Shown: positions 20,680 to 31,826 of the stretch, piece by piece | Layout of the letters: every line of letters begins with the position of its first letter | How positions within the stretch are numbered: the first letter of the stretch is position 1 | Source of the DNA: an uncultured Thermoleophilia bacterium | GTDB lineage: Bacteria > Actinomycetota > Thermoleophilia > UBA2241 | Assembly: GCA_963741075.1 (NCBI GenBank) | Contig: CAVUGS010000009.1 | Location: 142,308 to 206,307 of the forward strand | DNA: 64,000 nucleotides | Direction of reading: 5' to 3' | Position numbers and translations under genes: made by a program | The notes under the pieces: generated by a model | Seen by the model: the letters and a program-made list of their open reading frames with translations, nothing else | Told to the model about the DNA's origin: nothing | Database searches by the model: none

Positions 20680-21609
20680 ATGGCAGACAGAGTCAAGGAG
20701 ATCCTCAGCTGGTACTCGTCCGACAACCCCGGCACGCTGACCAACCTCTATCGCATGCTGAACCACGGTACGCTCGCCGGCACCGGCAAGATGGTCATCC
20801 TGCCGGTGGACCAGGGCTTCGAGCACGGCCCGGCGCGCAGCTTCGCGCCCAACCCCGCCGGCTACGACCCGCGCTACCACTTCCAGCTGGCCCTCGACGC
20901 CGGCGACCAACGCCTACGCGGCGCCGCTCGGGTTCCTCGAGGCCGGCGCCGCCGAGTACGCCGGGCAGGTGCCGCTCATCCTGAAGGCCAACAACTCCGA
21001 CTCGCTGTACTCGGGCAGCGACCCGATCCCGGCCGTCACCGCCTCGGTGGACGACGCCTTGCGCCTCGGCTGCGTAGCCATCGGCTTCACCATCTACCCG
21101 GCCTCGGCGGCCCGCAACGAGATGTACGAGGAGCTTCGCGAGCTGGCGCTCGAGGCCAAGGAAGCCGGCCTGGTCGGTGGTCGTGTGGAGCTACCCGCGC
21201 GGGTCCGGCATCAGCAAGCAGGGCGAGACGGCCATCGACGTGTGCGCCTACGCGGCGCAGATCGCCGCCCAGCTCGGTGCGCACATCATCAAGGTCAAGG
21301 CGCCGACGCGATCACATCGAGCAGGACGCGGCGCGCAAGGTCTACGAGGCCAAGGGCATCAAGGTCGACACCCTGGCCGACCGTGTGAAGCACGTGATCC
21401 AGAGCGCGTTCGACGGCCGCCGCATCGTCATCTTCTCCGGCGGCGAGGCCAAGGGCACCGAGGCCGTGCTCGAGGAGAACCGCCAGACCGCCCTCGGCGG
21501 CGGGTTCGGCACGATCATGGGGCGCAACTCGTTCCAGCGCGAGCACGATGAGGCGGTCAAGCTGCTCAGGGACGTCATGGAGATCCATCGCACGACCTGG
21601 CCGAACTGA
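20680..21609 (+). CDS. Class I (DhnA/FbaB-type) aldolase / ADH-synthase family, at least 3 apparent frameshifts
   Basis: ILPVDQGFEHGP, LILKANNSD, Schiff-base Lys context HIIKVKAP. Segments lie in ORFs 20680-, 20969-21388, 21177-21551 and the C-terminal part of 20095-21609. Confidence 0.7.
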   Translation: MADRVKEILSWYSSDNPGTLTNLYRMLNHGTLAGTGKMVILPVDQGFEHGPARSFAPNPAGYDPRYHFQLALDAGDQRLRGAARVPRGRRRRVRRAGAAHPEGQQLRLAVLGQRPDPGRHRLGGRRLAPRLRSHRLHHLPGLGGPQRDVRGASRAGARGQGSRPGRWSCGATRAGPASASRARRPSTCAPTRRRSPPSSVRTSSRSRRRRDHIEQDAARKVYEAKGIKVDTLADRVKHVIQSAFDGRRIVIFSGGEAKGTEAVLEENRQTALGGGFGTIMGRNSFQREHDEAVKLLRDVMEIHRTTWPN

Positions 21610-21742
21610 AGCGCTGAGCGGCCCGCCGCAAGGGCGGAGGGAGACGAGAACATCTGGACCCTCCGCCCGCCTGCGCGGCCGCTTGTGGGCCTGCTTGACA
21701 CGCCCGCGACCCCGTCTGGTATGGTCCGGAAGCGCGCTTCGT

Positions 21743-21762
21743 TTAGTTATCCGACTAACTAA
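21743..21762. promoter_or_regulatory. Candidate TetR operator upstream of mtbB copy 1: TTAGTTA-tccgac-TAACTAA
   Basis: Perfect 7-bp inverted repeat in an AT-rich patch 34 bp before the start codon; near-identical to the palindrome at 25499-25520. Confidence 0.55.
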
Positions 21763-21795
21763 CGACCGCCCTTCGGGGGGACGATGGGAGGATCG

Positions 21796-23184
21796 ATGGC
21801 ACAGCGCATCCCGACACGGCTCGGTGACGGCTCGCTCGTCGAGATGACCCGGGCTGAGGTCGAGGCCGACCTGCACGCCGGCTCGGAGGCGGCCGTCAGG
21901 CGGGCGAAGGTCGAGCCGCTCACGCAGGACGAGCTCGATCACCTGCTCGACATCTTCACCTCCCCGGCGAAGTTCAGCGCCGTCGACTACGGCGACGAAG
22001 TCGTCCTCAGCTTCGACGGCTCGGGCAACGCCGACCTCGGGGCGCCGATCCTCGAGCAGGTCGTGTACCAGAACCACCACGGCGCCGACATGATCGAGCT
22101 CTGGCACCACGACTACTCGTACAAGGCCGTGCGCACCGTGCTCTCGTTCCAGACGCAGATGCTCAAGGACGCGCAGCAGCAGACGGTGATCCCGCTCAAC
22201 TACGGGGCGATGCCGGACCTGGGCCGCTACTCGCAGCCGGACGGCCCGGTCCAGAACTGGTCGGAGCTGATGCCGCTGGGCAAGATCGCCGAGGCGCGGG
22301 CCGCCCAGCTGGAGGCCGTCGAGCACCTCGAGCACGACATGTGGCTGGTGGCCGAAGCGATGGTGGCGGCCGGAGCCGACGGCCTCGACTTCGACACCGC
22401 AGGGGCCGCCGGGGACGCCGACCTGCTGGCCACGCTGCGCACGGCCCGCAGGGTCCGCGACACGTGGCCCGACATCGGCGTCGAGATCGGCCAGGCCGCC
22501 GAGCTCGTGCTGGGCATGCACGGCGAGCTCGAGTACGAGGGCATCCGGCTGGCCGGCCAGTGGCCGCTCGGCCAGCTCCGCGCCTGCACCGCCGCCGGCG
22601 CCACGATCTTCGGGCCGGCGGTGAACGTCAACACGACGAAGTCGCTCGCCTGGAACACCGCGCGCTCCTGCGCGCTCATCAAGCCGGTCACCGCCGAGGC
22701 CACCATCCCGGTGCACGTGAATGCCGGGATGGGCGTCGGCGGCGTCCCCATGACCCCGTATCCGCCCGTCGACGCCACGTCGCGCGCCTCGCGGGCGCTG
22801 GTCGACATCTGCAAGATCGACGGGTTGTAGGTGGGGGTCGGGGATCCCCTCGGGATGGCCTCGTCACACGCGCTCGCCTCGGGCATGGGCGGGATGCGGA
22901 CTGCCGGAGATCTGGTGGCCCGCATGCAGATGACCCGGGGCCTGCGCCTTCCGCAGGCCAAGCAGTACGTCGCCGACAAGCTCGGCTGCTCCGTCGCCGA
23001 CCTCAGCGACACCGTCGCGATGCACGACATCCGCCGCGATCTCGGCCTCGGCCGCATCCTGGTGCAGGACCTCACGTACGCCGACCAGCCGGGGACGATG
23101 GAGGCCAAGTTCCACATCGCCGAGGTGCTGGACATCCCGATCAACTCGGTGGAGCGCTTCAAGGCCAACGCCGGACTGCGGTAA
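21796..23184 (+). CDS. mtbB: Dimethylamine:corrinoid methyltransferase MtbB-like, in-frame TAG (putative pyrrolysine) at 22828-22830
   Basis: [31 protein letters not shown]...[42 protein letters not shown]. Total ~462 aa with the TAG at ~residue 345, as in archaeal MtbB (467 aa, Pyl 356). RBS GGGAGGA before the ATG at 21796 (alternative ATG at 21784). Confidence 0.85.
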
Positions 23185-23191
23185 GGAGACT

Positions 23192-24689
23192 CATGGGCTC
23201 GCAGCTCGACCTCAGCCGGCGGCAGCCGCTGCTGCCGCTCGGCTCGGACTTCGCCGTGCGCTTCTACGACGACGCGAAGCTCGACCGCTACAAGGAAGCC
23301 GTGCTCAGCGTGCTCGAGCGGACCGGCGTCAGGTTCGGCTCGCCGAAGGCGCTCGACATCCTCGCCGAGCACGGCGCCGACGTGGACCGCGCGTCCGGTG
23401 TCGTGCGCTTCGCGCCCGACCTCGTGACGGCCGCGCTGGCGAAGGCCCCGCGGACGTTCTGGCTGGGCTCCCGCGACGGCACGCTCGACCTCGACCTCGC
23501 GAGCGGCGAGACCTACAACACCACCAACGGCTGCGGCACCGAGGTCGTCGACTGGCACACCGGCGTGCGCCGGCCGCCGACCAAGGACGACCTCTCGGCC
23601 ATCACGCGCATGATCGACTACCTGGGCTCCGTCCAGTTCTGGTGGCCGAACGTCGCTGCCGCCGACTGCGGTGACACGCACACCCTGCACGAGCTGGACG
23701 CGGCCTGGAACAACACCGGCAAGCACCTCCAGGGCATGGTGCAGGGCGAGCGCGAGGCGCGGTTCGCGGTCGAGATGGCGACGGTGATCGCGGGCGGGGC
23801 GGAGCAGCTGCGCCGCCGCCCCCCGATGAGCAACCTCATCGGCACCGTCCAGCCGCTCATCAACGACAAGGACGGCATCGAGGCGGCGCTGGTGTTCGCC
23901 GAGGCGGGCATCCCCGTGTGCTTCGTCACCATGCCGACCTACGGGACGACGGCGCCGGCCACCAAGGCCGGCGCCTGCGTGATGGGCTTCGCCGAGCTGA
24001 TCAGCGCCACCGTGTGCGTGCAGCTGGCGCACCCCGGCGCGCCCGTGATCCTCTTCCCGCTGCCGGTGCACGCCGACCCGCGCACCGCGGCGCTGACCAC
24101 GGCGCCGCTGAATCACCGCGGCCTGTTCCTGCCCGGCGAGCTCGTGCACCACTTCGGGCTGCCGGCGATGACCGGCTACGCCGGCACCGACGACGACCTG
24201 CCGGGCAGCTGGCTGGCCGCGGCGGAGACGGCGCACACGGTGATGCTCGCCGGCGTCGTCGGCTCGGAGCTGATGACCACCATCGGGCTGACCAACCGCT
24301 ATCAGCTGTTCACGCCCGAGCACATGATGCTCGACGACGACCTCTACCACCGCGCCGCAAACGCCTTCCGCGACCTGGAACTGGACGAGGAGACCCTGGC
24401 GCTGGACGTCATCGACGAGGTCGGGCCGGGCGGGCACTTCCTGGGCCAGCCGCACACGCGCCGGCACATGAAGGAGACCGTGGAGCGCTCGATCGGCCAG
24501 GAGCTGGGCCCCGACGGCACGCACCTGCGGCACCCGGTAGAGGTCGCGCGCGAGCGGGGCGTCGACATCCTGGAGCACTACGTGCCGGAGCCGCTCGACG
24601 CGGCGAAAGCGGCGGAGCTGGCAAGGATCTGCGCCGCCGCGGACGAGGAACTCGGCGGCCAGGTCGTGGGCCGCGGCGAACGCGACTGA
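23192..24689 (+). CDS. MttB-superfamily methyltransferase, non-pyrrolysine paralog (quaternary-amine type)
   Basis: Uninterrupted 499-aa ORF with AAGGAG RBS. Homologous throughout to the MttB-family genes at 26950 and 28446, but has TGYAGTDDD where the Pyl motif would be. Confidence 0.75.
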
Positions 24690-24708
24690 CGTTCGGTCGG
24701 CGCCGCCG

Positions 24709-25410
24709 TCAGTCCGGCTCGTCGCCTGGCTCGCCGCCCGACTCGACGTGGCCCAGCACGAGCCGGCGCCAGAGGTCGAAGGCCGGCTCGAAGTCCAGGT
24801 CCGGGTCGGCGAGCTTCTGCAGCGCGATGCCGTCGGCGATGGCGACCGTGAGCAGCGCCATGGGCGCGATGTGCGCCGCGGGCTCCTTGTCGCCCGCGTC
24901 CTTGAGCGCCCACGCGTCCAGCTTGCGGTACCAGTCGAAGAGCTCGCGCAGGTGCGGTCGCAGCTCATCGTCGCGCAGGATGTGCGGGATGAGCTCGAAG
25001 AAGTTGCGGTAGGCGTCGGTGTCCTCGGGCAGTCCCTCGTGCAGCGCGAGCAGCTGCTTGCGCCGCTCGTCGCCGGCGGGGACGGCGGTGAGCTGCTCGA
25101 TGAGCTCCACCGCCTCCTGATACATGACGGAGTCGACGAGCGCGACGAGCAGGCCGGCCTTGCTGCCGAAGTGGTAGCGGATGAGCGCAGGGTTCTCGCC
25201 CGCCTCCCTGGCGATGGTCTCGAAGGTGAGACCGCGGAAGCCGTCGCGGGCGAGCACGCGCCTGGCCGCCTCCAGGATGCGCGCGGCCGTCGGGGCGAGG
25301 TCGGGCGTGGGATCGCCGAACGGCAGTTCGTACCTGGTCAGCGCACCCACCCCCTTCGCGTCTGTCGCCGGGCGTCGTCCGCGCGCCGCCCGGCGTTTTT
25401 CGATGCGCAC
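24709..25410 (-). CDS. TetR/AcrR-family transcriptional regulator
   Basis: HTH segment LTFETIAREAGENPALIRYHFGSKAGLL. Convergent with the mttB paralog and divergent from mtbB copy 2. The true start may be internal. Confidence 0.8.
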   Translation of the reverse strand: MRIEKRRAARGRRPATDAKGVGALTRYELPFGDPTPDLAPTAARILEAARRVLARDGFRGLTFETIAREAGENPALIRYHFGSKAGLLVALVDSVMYQEAVELIEQLTAVPAGDERRKQLLALHEGLPEDTDAYRNFFELIPHILRDDELRPHLRELFDWYRKLDAWALKDAGDKEPAAHIAPMALLTVAIADGIALQKLADPDLDFEPAFDLWRRLVLGHVESGGEPGDEPD

Positions 25411-25498
25411 CCTATCGGATACCGGCGGCCGCGCGCCAGACCCACGCCTCGGCGCAGCCGCCTTGACACCCCAAGTGCGTCTGCTAGTCTACCCGCAT

Positions 25499-25520
25499 AT
25501 TAGTTATGTAACTAACTAAT
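25499..25520. promoter_or_regulatory. Candidate TetR operator upstream of mtbB copy 2: ATTAGTTA-tgtaac-TAACTAAT
   Basis: Perfect 8-bp inverted repeat in the divergent TetR/mtbB intergenic region; same half-sites as 21743-21762. Confidence 0.6.
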
Positions 25521-25548
25521 CCTGCATGACGGCCATCGGGGGTGCTGG

Positions 25549-26953
25549 AGTGGAGAGACCCGTACGCACGCGACTCGGCGACGGGTCGCTCGTCGAGATG
25601 ACGCCCGGCGAGATCCGTGAGGACCTGCTCGCCGGCACCGAGATCGGCGCCCGCCGCGCCAAAGCCCCGCCCCTCTCGGACGCCGAGATCGACCACCTGC
25701 TCGACATCTTCTCGACCGAGGCCAAGTTCAGCGCCGTCGACATGGGCGACGAGGTCTGCCTGAGCTTCGACGGTTCCGGCAACCTGGACTCCGGCACGCG
25801 CGTCGACGAACTCTACAGCTACCAGAGCCACCGCGGCGCCGACATGCTCGAGCTCTTCGCCATCGACTACTCCTACAAGGCGATCAAGACCATCCTGAGC
25901 TACGAGACGCAGGCGATGAAGGTGGCCCAGCTCAACCTCATCGCGCCCACGCAGTACGGCGCGATGCCGGACCTGGGCCGGTACTCGATGCCCGACGGCC
26001 CGATCCCGAACTGGTCCGAACTCATGCCGCTCGGCCGCATCCAGGAGGCGCGGGACGCCCAGGTGGCGGCCATCGACCACGCCGTCAGCGACATGGTGTT
26101 CGTCGCCGAGGGCATGTGGGAGGCCGGCGCCGACGGCATGGACTTCGACACCGCCGGCGCCGCGGGAGACGCCGACCTGCTCGCGACCCTCACGGCGGTC
26201 GAGACACTCAAGGGTCGCTACCCGGACGTCGGTATCGAGCTCGGCATGGCGAGCGAGTGCGTCCTCGGCATGCACGGCGAGCTCACCTACAAGGGCACCC
26301 GGCTCGCCGGCATGTGGCCCAAGGCGCAACTCGAGGTCGCCCAGAAGGCCGGCGCCACCATGTTCGGACCGGCCGTCAACGTCAACACGACGAAGTCGAT
26401 CGCCTGGAACGTCGCCCGGGCGTGCACGATCATCAAGCCCTGCATGGACGTGGCCGAGATCCCCGTGCACCCCAACGTGGGCATGGGCGTCGGCGGCGTG
26501 CCCATGAGCCCGTACCCGCCCGCCGACGCCGTCTCGCGTGTCTCCCGCGCGCTGGTCGACATCCTCAAGTGCGACGGGTTGTAGGTGGGCGTCGGTGACC
26601 CTCTGGGCATGGCGTGCACGCACGCGCTGGCCTCGGGCATGGGTGGGATGCGGGCCGCCGGAGATCTGGTGGGCCGCATGCAGATGACCCGAGGGATGCG
26701 CCTCAACGAAGCCAAAGCCTACGTGGCGGAGAAGCTCGGCTGCGCCGTGGCCGACCTCGCCGACCCCATCGCCATGCACGACGTGCGCCGCGACCTCGGC
26801 CTCGGCCGGATCCCGGTGCAGGAGCTCACGTACCCCACGCACGCCGGCGCCATGGAGGCGAAGTTCCACATCGCCGAGGTGCTGGACGTCCCCATCAACA
26901 GCGTGGCGCGCTTCCAGGAGTGCGCCGGGCTGCGCCAAGGAGGAGCGGTGTGA
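25549..26953 (+). CDS. mtbB: MtbB-like dimethylamine methyltransferase copy 2, in-frame TAG at 26582-26584
   Basis: ...[46 protein letters not shown]...; the GTG at 25549 after a GGAG RBS gives an N-terminus collinear with the other copies (ATG at 25526 is an alternative). Confidence 0.85.
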
Positions 26954-28429
26954 AGAGGAACCTGCACGCCGGCGGCACGCGCAGCCGCGGGCTGAGCGTC
27001 AACGTCTTCACCGAGTCCGAGCTCGAGGACATCCATCTCGCGTCGCTCGAGGTGCTCGAGCGTACCGGCGTGTTCGTGGAGGCGGACGACGCGCGCGACA
27101 TCTTCCGGGACGGCGGGTGCGCCGTCGACCCCGAGACGCGCATCGTGCGCATCCCGCCGCACGTCGTCGAGGACGCCATCGCCTCGTCGCCGAGCAAGTA
27201 CGTGCTCTGCGGGCGCGACCCCAGGAACGACTTCCTCATGGAGCCGGGCCGGGTCGGGTTCACCAACTTCAGCGAGGGCATCCGCGTCATCGACAGCGAC
27301 ACCGGCGAGTACCGCGAGTGCACGCTCGAGGACGTCGGCGACATCGCCCGCCTCAACGACTACCTCGGCGAGATGGACACGCACGAGATCTCCGTCGGGG
27401 CCAGAGACGTCCCGCCGGAGACCGCCGCCGTCCACAACACCGAGGCGCAGCTGCTCAACACGACCAAGCCGATCGGCATCGGGCCGCTCTCGGGGATGGA
27501 GTGCCGCGCGATCCTGCGCATGTGCGCCGAGGTCGTCGGCGGCGAGGACGCGCTCCGCGAGCGGCCCATCGTCTACGGCGGCGTCTGCCCCGTCAGCCCG
27601 CTGAAGCTGCCGCGCGACGTCACCGAGGTCATCATCGAGTGCTCGCGCTGGTGGATCCCGGACAACATCCTCAGCATGGCGATGGCCGGCGGCTCCAGCC
27701 CCGTCACCCTCGCCGGCACCCTGGTCACGCACAACGCCGAGGTGCTCGAGCGGCATCGTGCTCGCCCAGCTCACGGAGCGCGGCTGCCCCGTGATGTACG
27801 GCAGCTCGACGACGGCGATGGACCTCAAGCTCGCGGCGGCCTCCGTCGGCTCGCCGGAGATCGCGCTGATCAGCGCCGGCGTGGCGCAGCTGGCCCGGCG
27901 CTACACGATCCCGAGCTTCGTGGCGGGGTTGTAGGCGGATTCCAAGCTCGGTGACGCGCAGACCGGTCACGAGAAGACCCTCACCGGCCTCACGGCAGCG
28001 TTGGCAGGCGCCAACCTGATCTATGGTGCGGGGATGATCGAATCGGGCGTCACCTTCGACAGCGCGCAGTTCGTCATGGACAACGAGATCGCGCGCATGA
28101 TCAAGCACGTCGTCGGCGGCATCCGCGTCGACGACGAGAGCCTCGCGGTGGACGACATCGCCGCCGTCGGCGCGTTCGGCGACTTCCTGAGCCTGGACGC
28201 GACCATGCGCCACATGCGCGAGCTCAGCCAGCCTGAGGTCCTCGACCGCCGCGTGCGCGAGGACTGGGAGGCACGCGGCAGCACGGACCTGTACGCTCGC
28301 TGCCACGCCAAGGCGAAGGATATCCTCGCCGAGCACCATCCCGAGCCGCTCCCCGACGACGTCGCGAAGCGCATCCGTGCGATCGTGGAAGAGACCGACC
28401 GCGCCGTGGGCGTCAGCGCGCCGGCGTGA
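26950..28429 (+). CDS. mttB: Trimethylamine-methyltransferase MttB-like with in-frame TAG (putative pyrrolysine) at 27942-27944; one apparent frameshift near 27749
   Basis: ...[65 protein letters not shown]... The C-terminal 160 aa after the TAG have no start codon and continue MttB homology. GTG start overlaps the mtbB stop (GTGTGA). Confidence 0.75.
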
Positions 28430-28445
28430 GCCGAGAGGGAACCCC

Positions 28446-29920
28446 GTGAAGGACCCACTCAAGCAAGCCATCATCCGGCAGCCTCTGGCGCCTCTGCGGT
28501 CCGACTTCTCGTTCCGCTTCCACGACGAGGCGGGGCTGGAGCCGCTGCACGAGGCCACCCTGCGGCTCCTGGAGACGACGGGCATGCGCTTCGAGTCGCC
28601 CAAGGCGCTCGCGATCCTGGACAAGGCCGGCGCGAAGGTGGACGAGGGCTCTGACCTCGTCCGCCTGCCCCGCCGGCTCGTCGAGGAGGCACTCGCCCAG
28701 GCGCCGCGGCAGTTCACGCTCGGCGCCCGGGACGCGGCCTGCGACCTGCGACTCGGCTCGGGCTTCACCTACGGCACCACCGACGGCTGCGGCGTCGAGG
28801 TCGTCGACTGGCACACCGGCGAGCGCCGCTCGTCCACCAAGGCCGACCTCGAGGCGATCACCCGCATGCAGGACTGCCTCGGCTCGATCAGCTACTGGTG
28901 GCCCACGGTCAGCGCCGGCGACTGCGGCGAGACCGCGCAGCTGCACGAGATCGAGGCCGGCTGGAACAACACGGGCAAGCACCTCATGGGCATGGTGCAG
29001 GGCGAGACGCTCGCCAGGGCGGCCGTCGAGATGGCGACCGCGGTGGCCGGCGGGGCCGAGGAGCTCCGCCGCCGGCCGGTCCTCAGCGACCTCATCGGCA
29101 CCGTCTCGCCGCTCCTGCACGACAGGGACGGCATCGAGGCCGGCCTGGTCTTCGCCGCGGCCGGCGATCCCGGTCTGCTACGTGACCATGCCCAACCTCG
29201 GCACGACGGCGCCGGCCACCAAGGCCGGCGCGTTCGTCGTCGGCGCCGCCGAGATCGTCGCCGCGGCGGTGCTCCACGAGCTCGCCGCGCCGGGCAGCCC
29301 GGTCATCGGGTCGATCATGCAGATCTACGCCGACCCGCGCACGGCGCTCACCCTGACGACCCCGCTCGACGACCGCTGCCGGTTCCTCGCCACCGAGCTG
29401 CTGCACAGCTTCGGGATCCCGGCGCTGGGGGCGTTCGGCGGCACCGACGCCCAGGCGCCCGGGACGTGGCTCGCCGGGGTCGAGACCATGCTGCAGCTGC
29501 TGCAGGTGCCGCTCGACGGCTGCGAGCTCTACACGCGGCATCGGGCTCACGGACACGTACCAGCTGTTCACGCCCGAGACCCTCATCCTCGACGACGACC
29601 TCTACCACCGCGCGAGGCACGCCTTCCTCGACATCCCCATGGACGAGGAGTCGCTCGCGCTGGACGTGATCGACGCCGTCGGCCCGGGCGGGCACTTCCT
29701 CGCCCAGCCGCACACCCGCCGGCACATGCGCGACGCCGTCCTGCGCTCGGTGAGTCAGCAGATCGGCCCGGACGGGCAGCACTACCGCGACCCGGTGGAG
29801 GTCGCGCGCGAGCGCGCCCTCGACATCCTCGACGGCTACCGGCCGGAGCCGCTCGCCGCCGACGTGCAGAGCGAGCTGCGCCGCATCGTCGACGCCGCGG
29901 ACGCGGCGGTCAAGGGATAG
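28446..29920 (+). CDS. MttB-superfamily methyltransferase, non-Pyl paralog 2, at least 2 apparent frameshifts; terminates with TAG
   Basis: Collinear with the 23192-24689 protein (N-terminal region ~43% identical to it, then TMPNLGTTAPATKAGA...GPGGHFLAQPHTRRHM). Segments lie in ORFs 28377-, 29182-30168 and 29639-29920. Confidence 0.7.
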
Positions 29921-29944
29921 CCGCCGCCCGCGGCGGCGGTCGCC

Positions 29945-30899
29945 CTAGAGAAGATGGTAGTAGCGCAGCTGGCGCGACAGCCTGGCCTGCCATTTGGCAC
30001 GCCCCGATGGCAGCAGGTGCAGCAGGTCATGGAAGTCGGCCGATCGCAGGCCGACGCTCGAGACGAAGCGGAGATACGGGATGCCGTGCGCCTTGGCCAG
30101 GTCGAGGCACGCCTGGCGATACATCTGGAGAGCCTCGTCGAAGTCGTCCCCTACGATCTCGAGGTTGAGGGGCAGCTCGAGGAGCGCAGGGCGCAGGCCA
30201 CGGGCCTCGCAGGTCTCGACGATCTTGGTGAGCTCAGCCAGCCGTTCCTGGAAGACCGCCTGGAAGACCGGGTAGCGATCGCTCACCCAGTCGCTCGCGA
30301 GCTGGCGCTTCTCGTCGTCGGAGAGCGCGGTCCGGTTGTCGTAGTGATGCTGGTACCAGGCCTCGGGGGGCGTGCGTCTGATCGAGTACCGCGGAAGCGA
30401 TCTGGACTCGTGATCCATGAGGAAGCGGGAGGTGCCCACGCTGATGAGCACCGTGCCTCTCTTCTTCGGCAGCTTGCTCACGATGAGCTCGTCCTCGACG
30501 AAGGTCTGGCAACGCGTCGAGCACACATAGGTCGTGGCAGATCTCCCGGTCAGACTGCGCAGCTGCGCCGCCCATGCCGCTCTCGCTGGTCACCGACTCA
30601 CGAGCCGCGGAGCCGCCCAGCAGATAGACGACCCGGCGTTCCGGAAGCTGGTAGCGGAGCCAGCTGAGGACCTGCACGACGTGGGTCCACTCGCCGACCG
30701 CGCCCCGAGGGACGGCCGCCGCCTCGCGGGAGGATTCGATGAATGCCGGAGACCACTGACACTCCTCAGCCGAAGCTTTGGGAGCGACCCCCAGCACGAG
30801 TGCGAACGCGACGAGGGTGACGGCCACGAACCACCGCGCGCTCCCACGCGCGGCCCGGCCATGCCCAGCGCTGGATCGACTGATCGTCTCGCCCCCCAC
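29945..30899 (-). CDS. Exported hypothetical protein, one apparent frameshift near 30530
   Basis: Signal-like WFVAVTLVAFALVLGVAPKASA; N-terminal part in ORF 30234-30899, C-terminal part in 29945-30526. Confidence 0.45.
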
Positions 30900-30961
30900 G
30901 TGGGCACCCTACCATTCCCGCGTGCCAGGCGCAGGCGATCGTGGCAGCCTCGGGCCGCGAC

Positions 30962-31826
30962 TCAGGTGTCGAGCAAGAGACGATCGACGGCGAAAGCCTC
31001 GCCGGCGACCTCGTGGAACTTCTCGATGAGGTCGCCGACCTGGAGCGTAGCCTTCTGCTCGCTGCTCAAGTCGAGGACGATGCGACCGGCGTGCATCATG
31101 ACCAGCCGGTCGCCGTAGCGCAACGCCAGCTCCATGTTGTGGGTCACCATCAGAGTCGTCAGCTGGCGCTCCGTGACGATCTCGCCCGTGAGTCCCATGA
31201 TCGTGGCCGCTACCTTGGGGTCCAGCGCGGCCGTGTGCTCGTCGAGCAGGAGGAGGCTCGGCTCGGCGATGGTCGCCATGAGCAGGGACATCGCCTGGCG
31301 CTGTCCGCCGGAGAGCTTGTTGACCCCCGCCTTGAGCCTGTCCTCGAGGCCCATGCCGAGGCGCGAGAGCTGCTCGCGCATCACTGCGCGCCGCTTGTTG
31401 GTCACGCCCATGCGCAGGCTGCTCCGCTTGGCGCGGAGCAGCGAGATGGCCAGGTTCTCCTCGATGGTCATGTCGGGGGCGGTGCCGGCGCGCGGGTCCT
31501 GGAACACCCTGCCGATGGACCGGCTGCGCACGTACTCGGGCTGCCTGGTCACGTCCCGTCCGCCGAGGAGCACCTTGCCCGACGTCACCGCAAACGTGCC
31601 GGCCACGGCGTTGAGGAGCGTGGACTTGCCGGACCCGTTCGAGCCGATGATGCTCACGAACTGGCCGGCCGGGACTACAAGGTCGATCCCGTTGAGCGCC
31701 ACGACCTCGTTGGCGGTGCCGGGGAAGAAGATCTTGCGGATCGCGCCGAGCTCCAGCGGGGCCGGCGCGCGAAGCGGTGCCCCTCCGGCGCCCCGCTCGA
31801 TAGCTTGTCTGCGGCGGCTGTTCACG
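30962..31826 (-). CDS. ABC transporter ATP-binding protein (COG1101-type)
   Basis: GSNGSGKST Walker A, LSGGQRQAMSL signature, LLLLDEHTAALD Walker B; GTG start overlaps the permease stop (GTGA). Confidence 0.8.

Noticed and set aside
21295-22716. 473-aa ORF on the minus strand with Gly/Arg/Ala/Pro-rich translation
   Set aside because: It is antisense to the conserved mtbB copy 1 and has low-complexity composition typical of spurious ORFs in ~70% GC DNA. The same applies to 6791-8410 +, 17265-18269 -, 19213-20508 -, 41526-43601 +, 48688-50763 +, 52352-54388 + and 16238-17644 -.
28001-28429. Stand-alone 142-aa ORF ([16 protein letters not shown]...)
   Set aside because: It has no credible start or RBS and is the C-terminal continuation of the MttB-like gene after the in-frame TAG at 27942-27944. 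The ORFs 22831-23184, 26585-26953, 34206-34442 and 39099-39395 are likewise post-TAG continuations of the mtbB copies.
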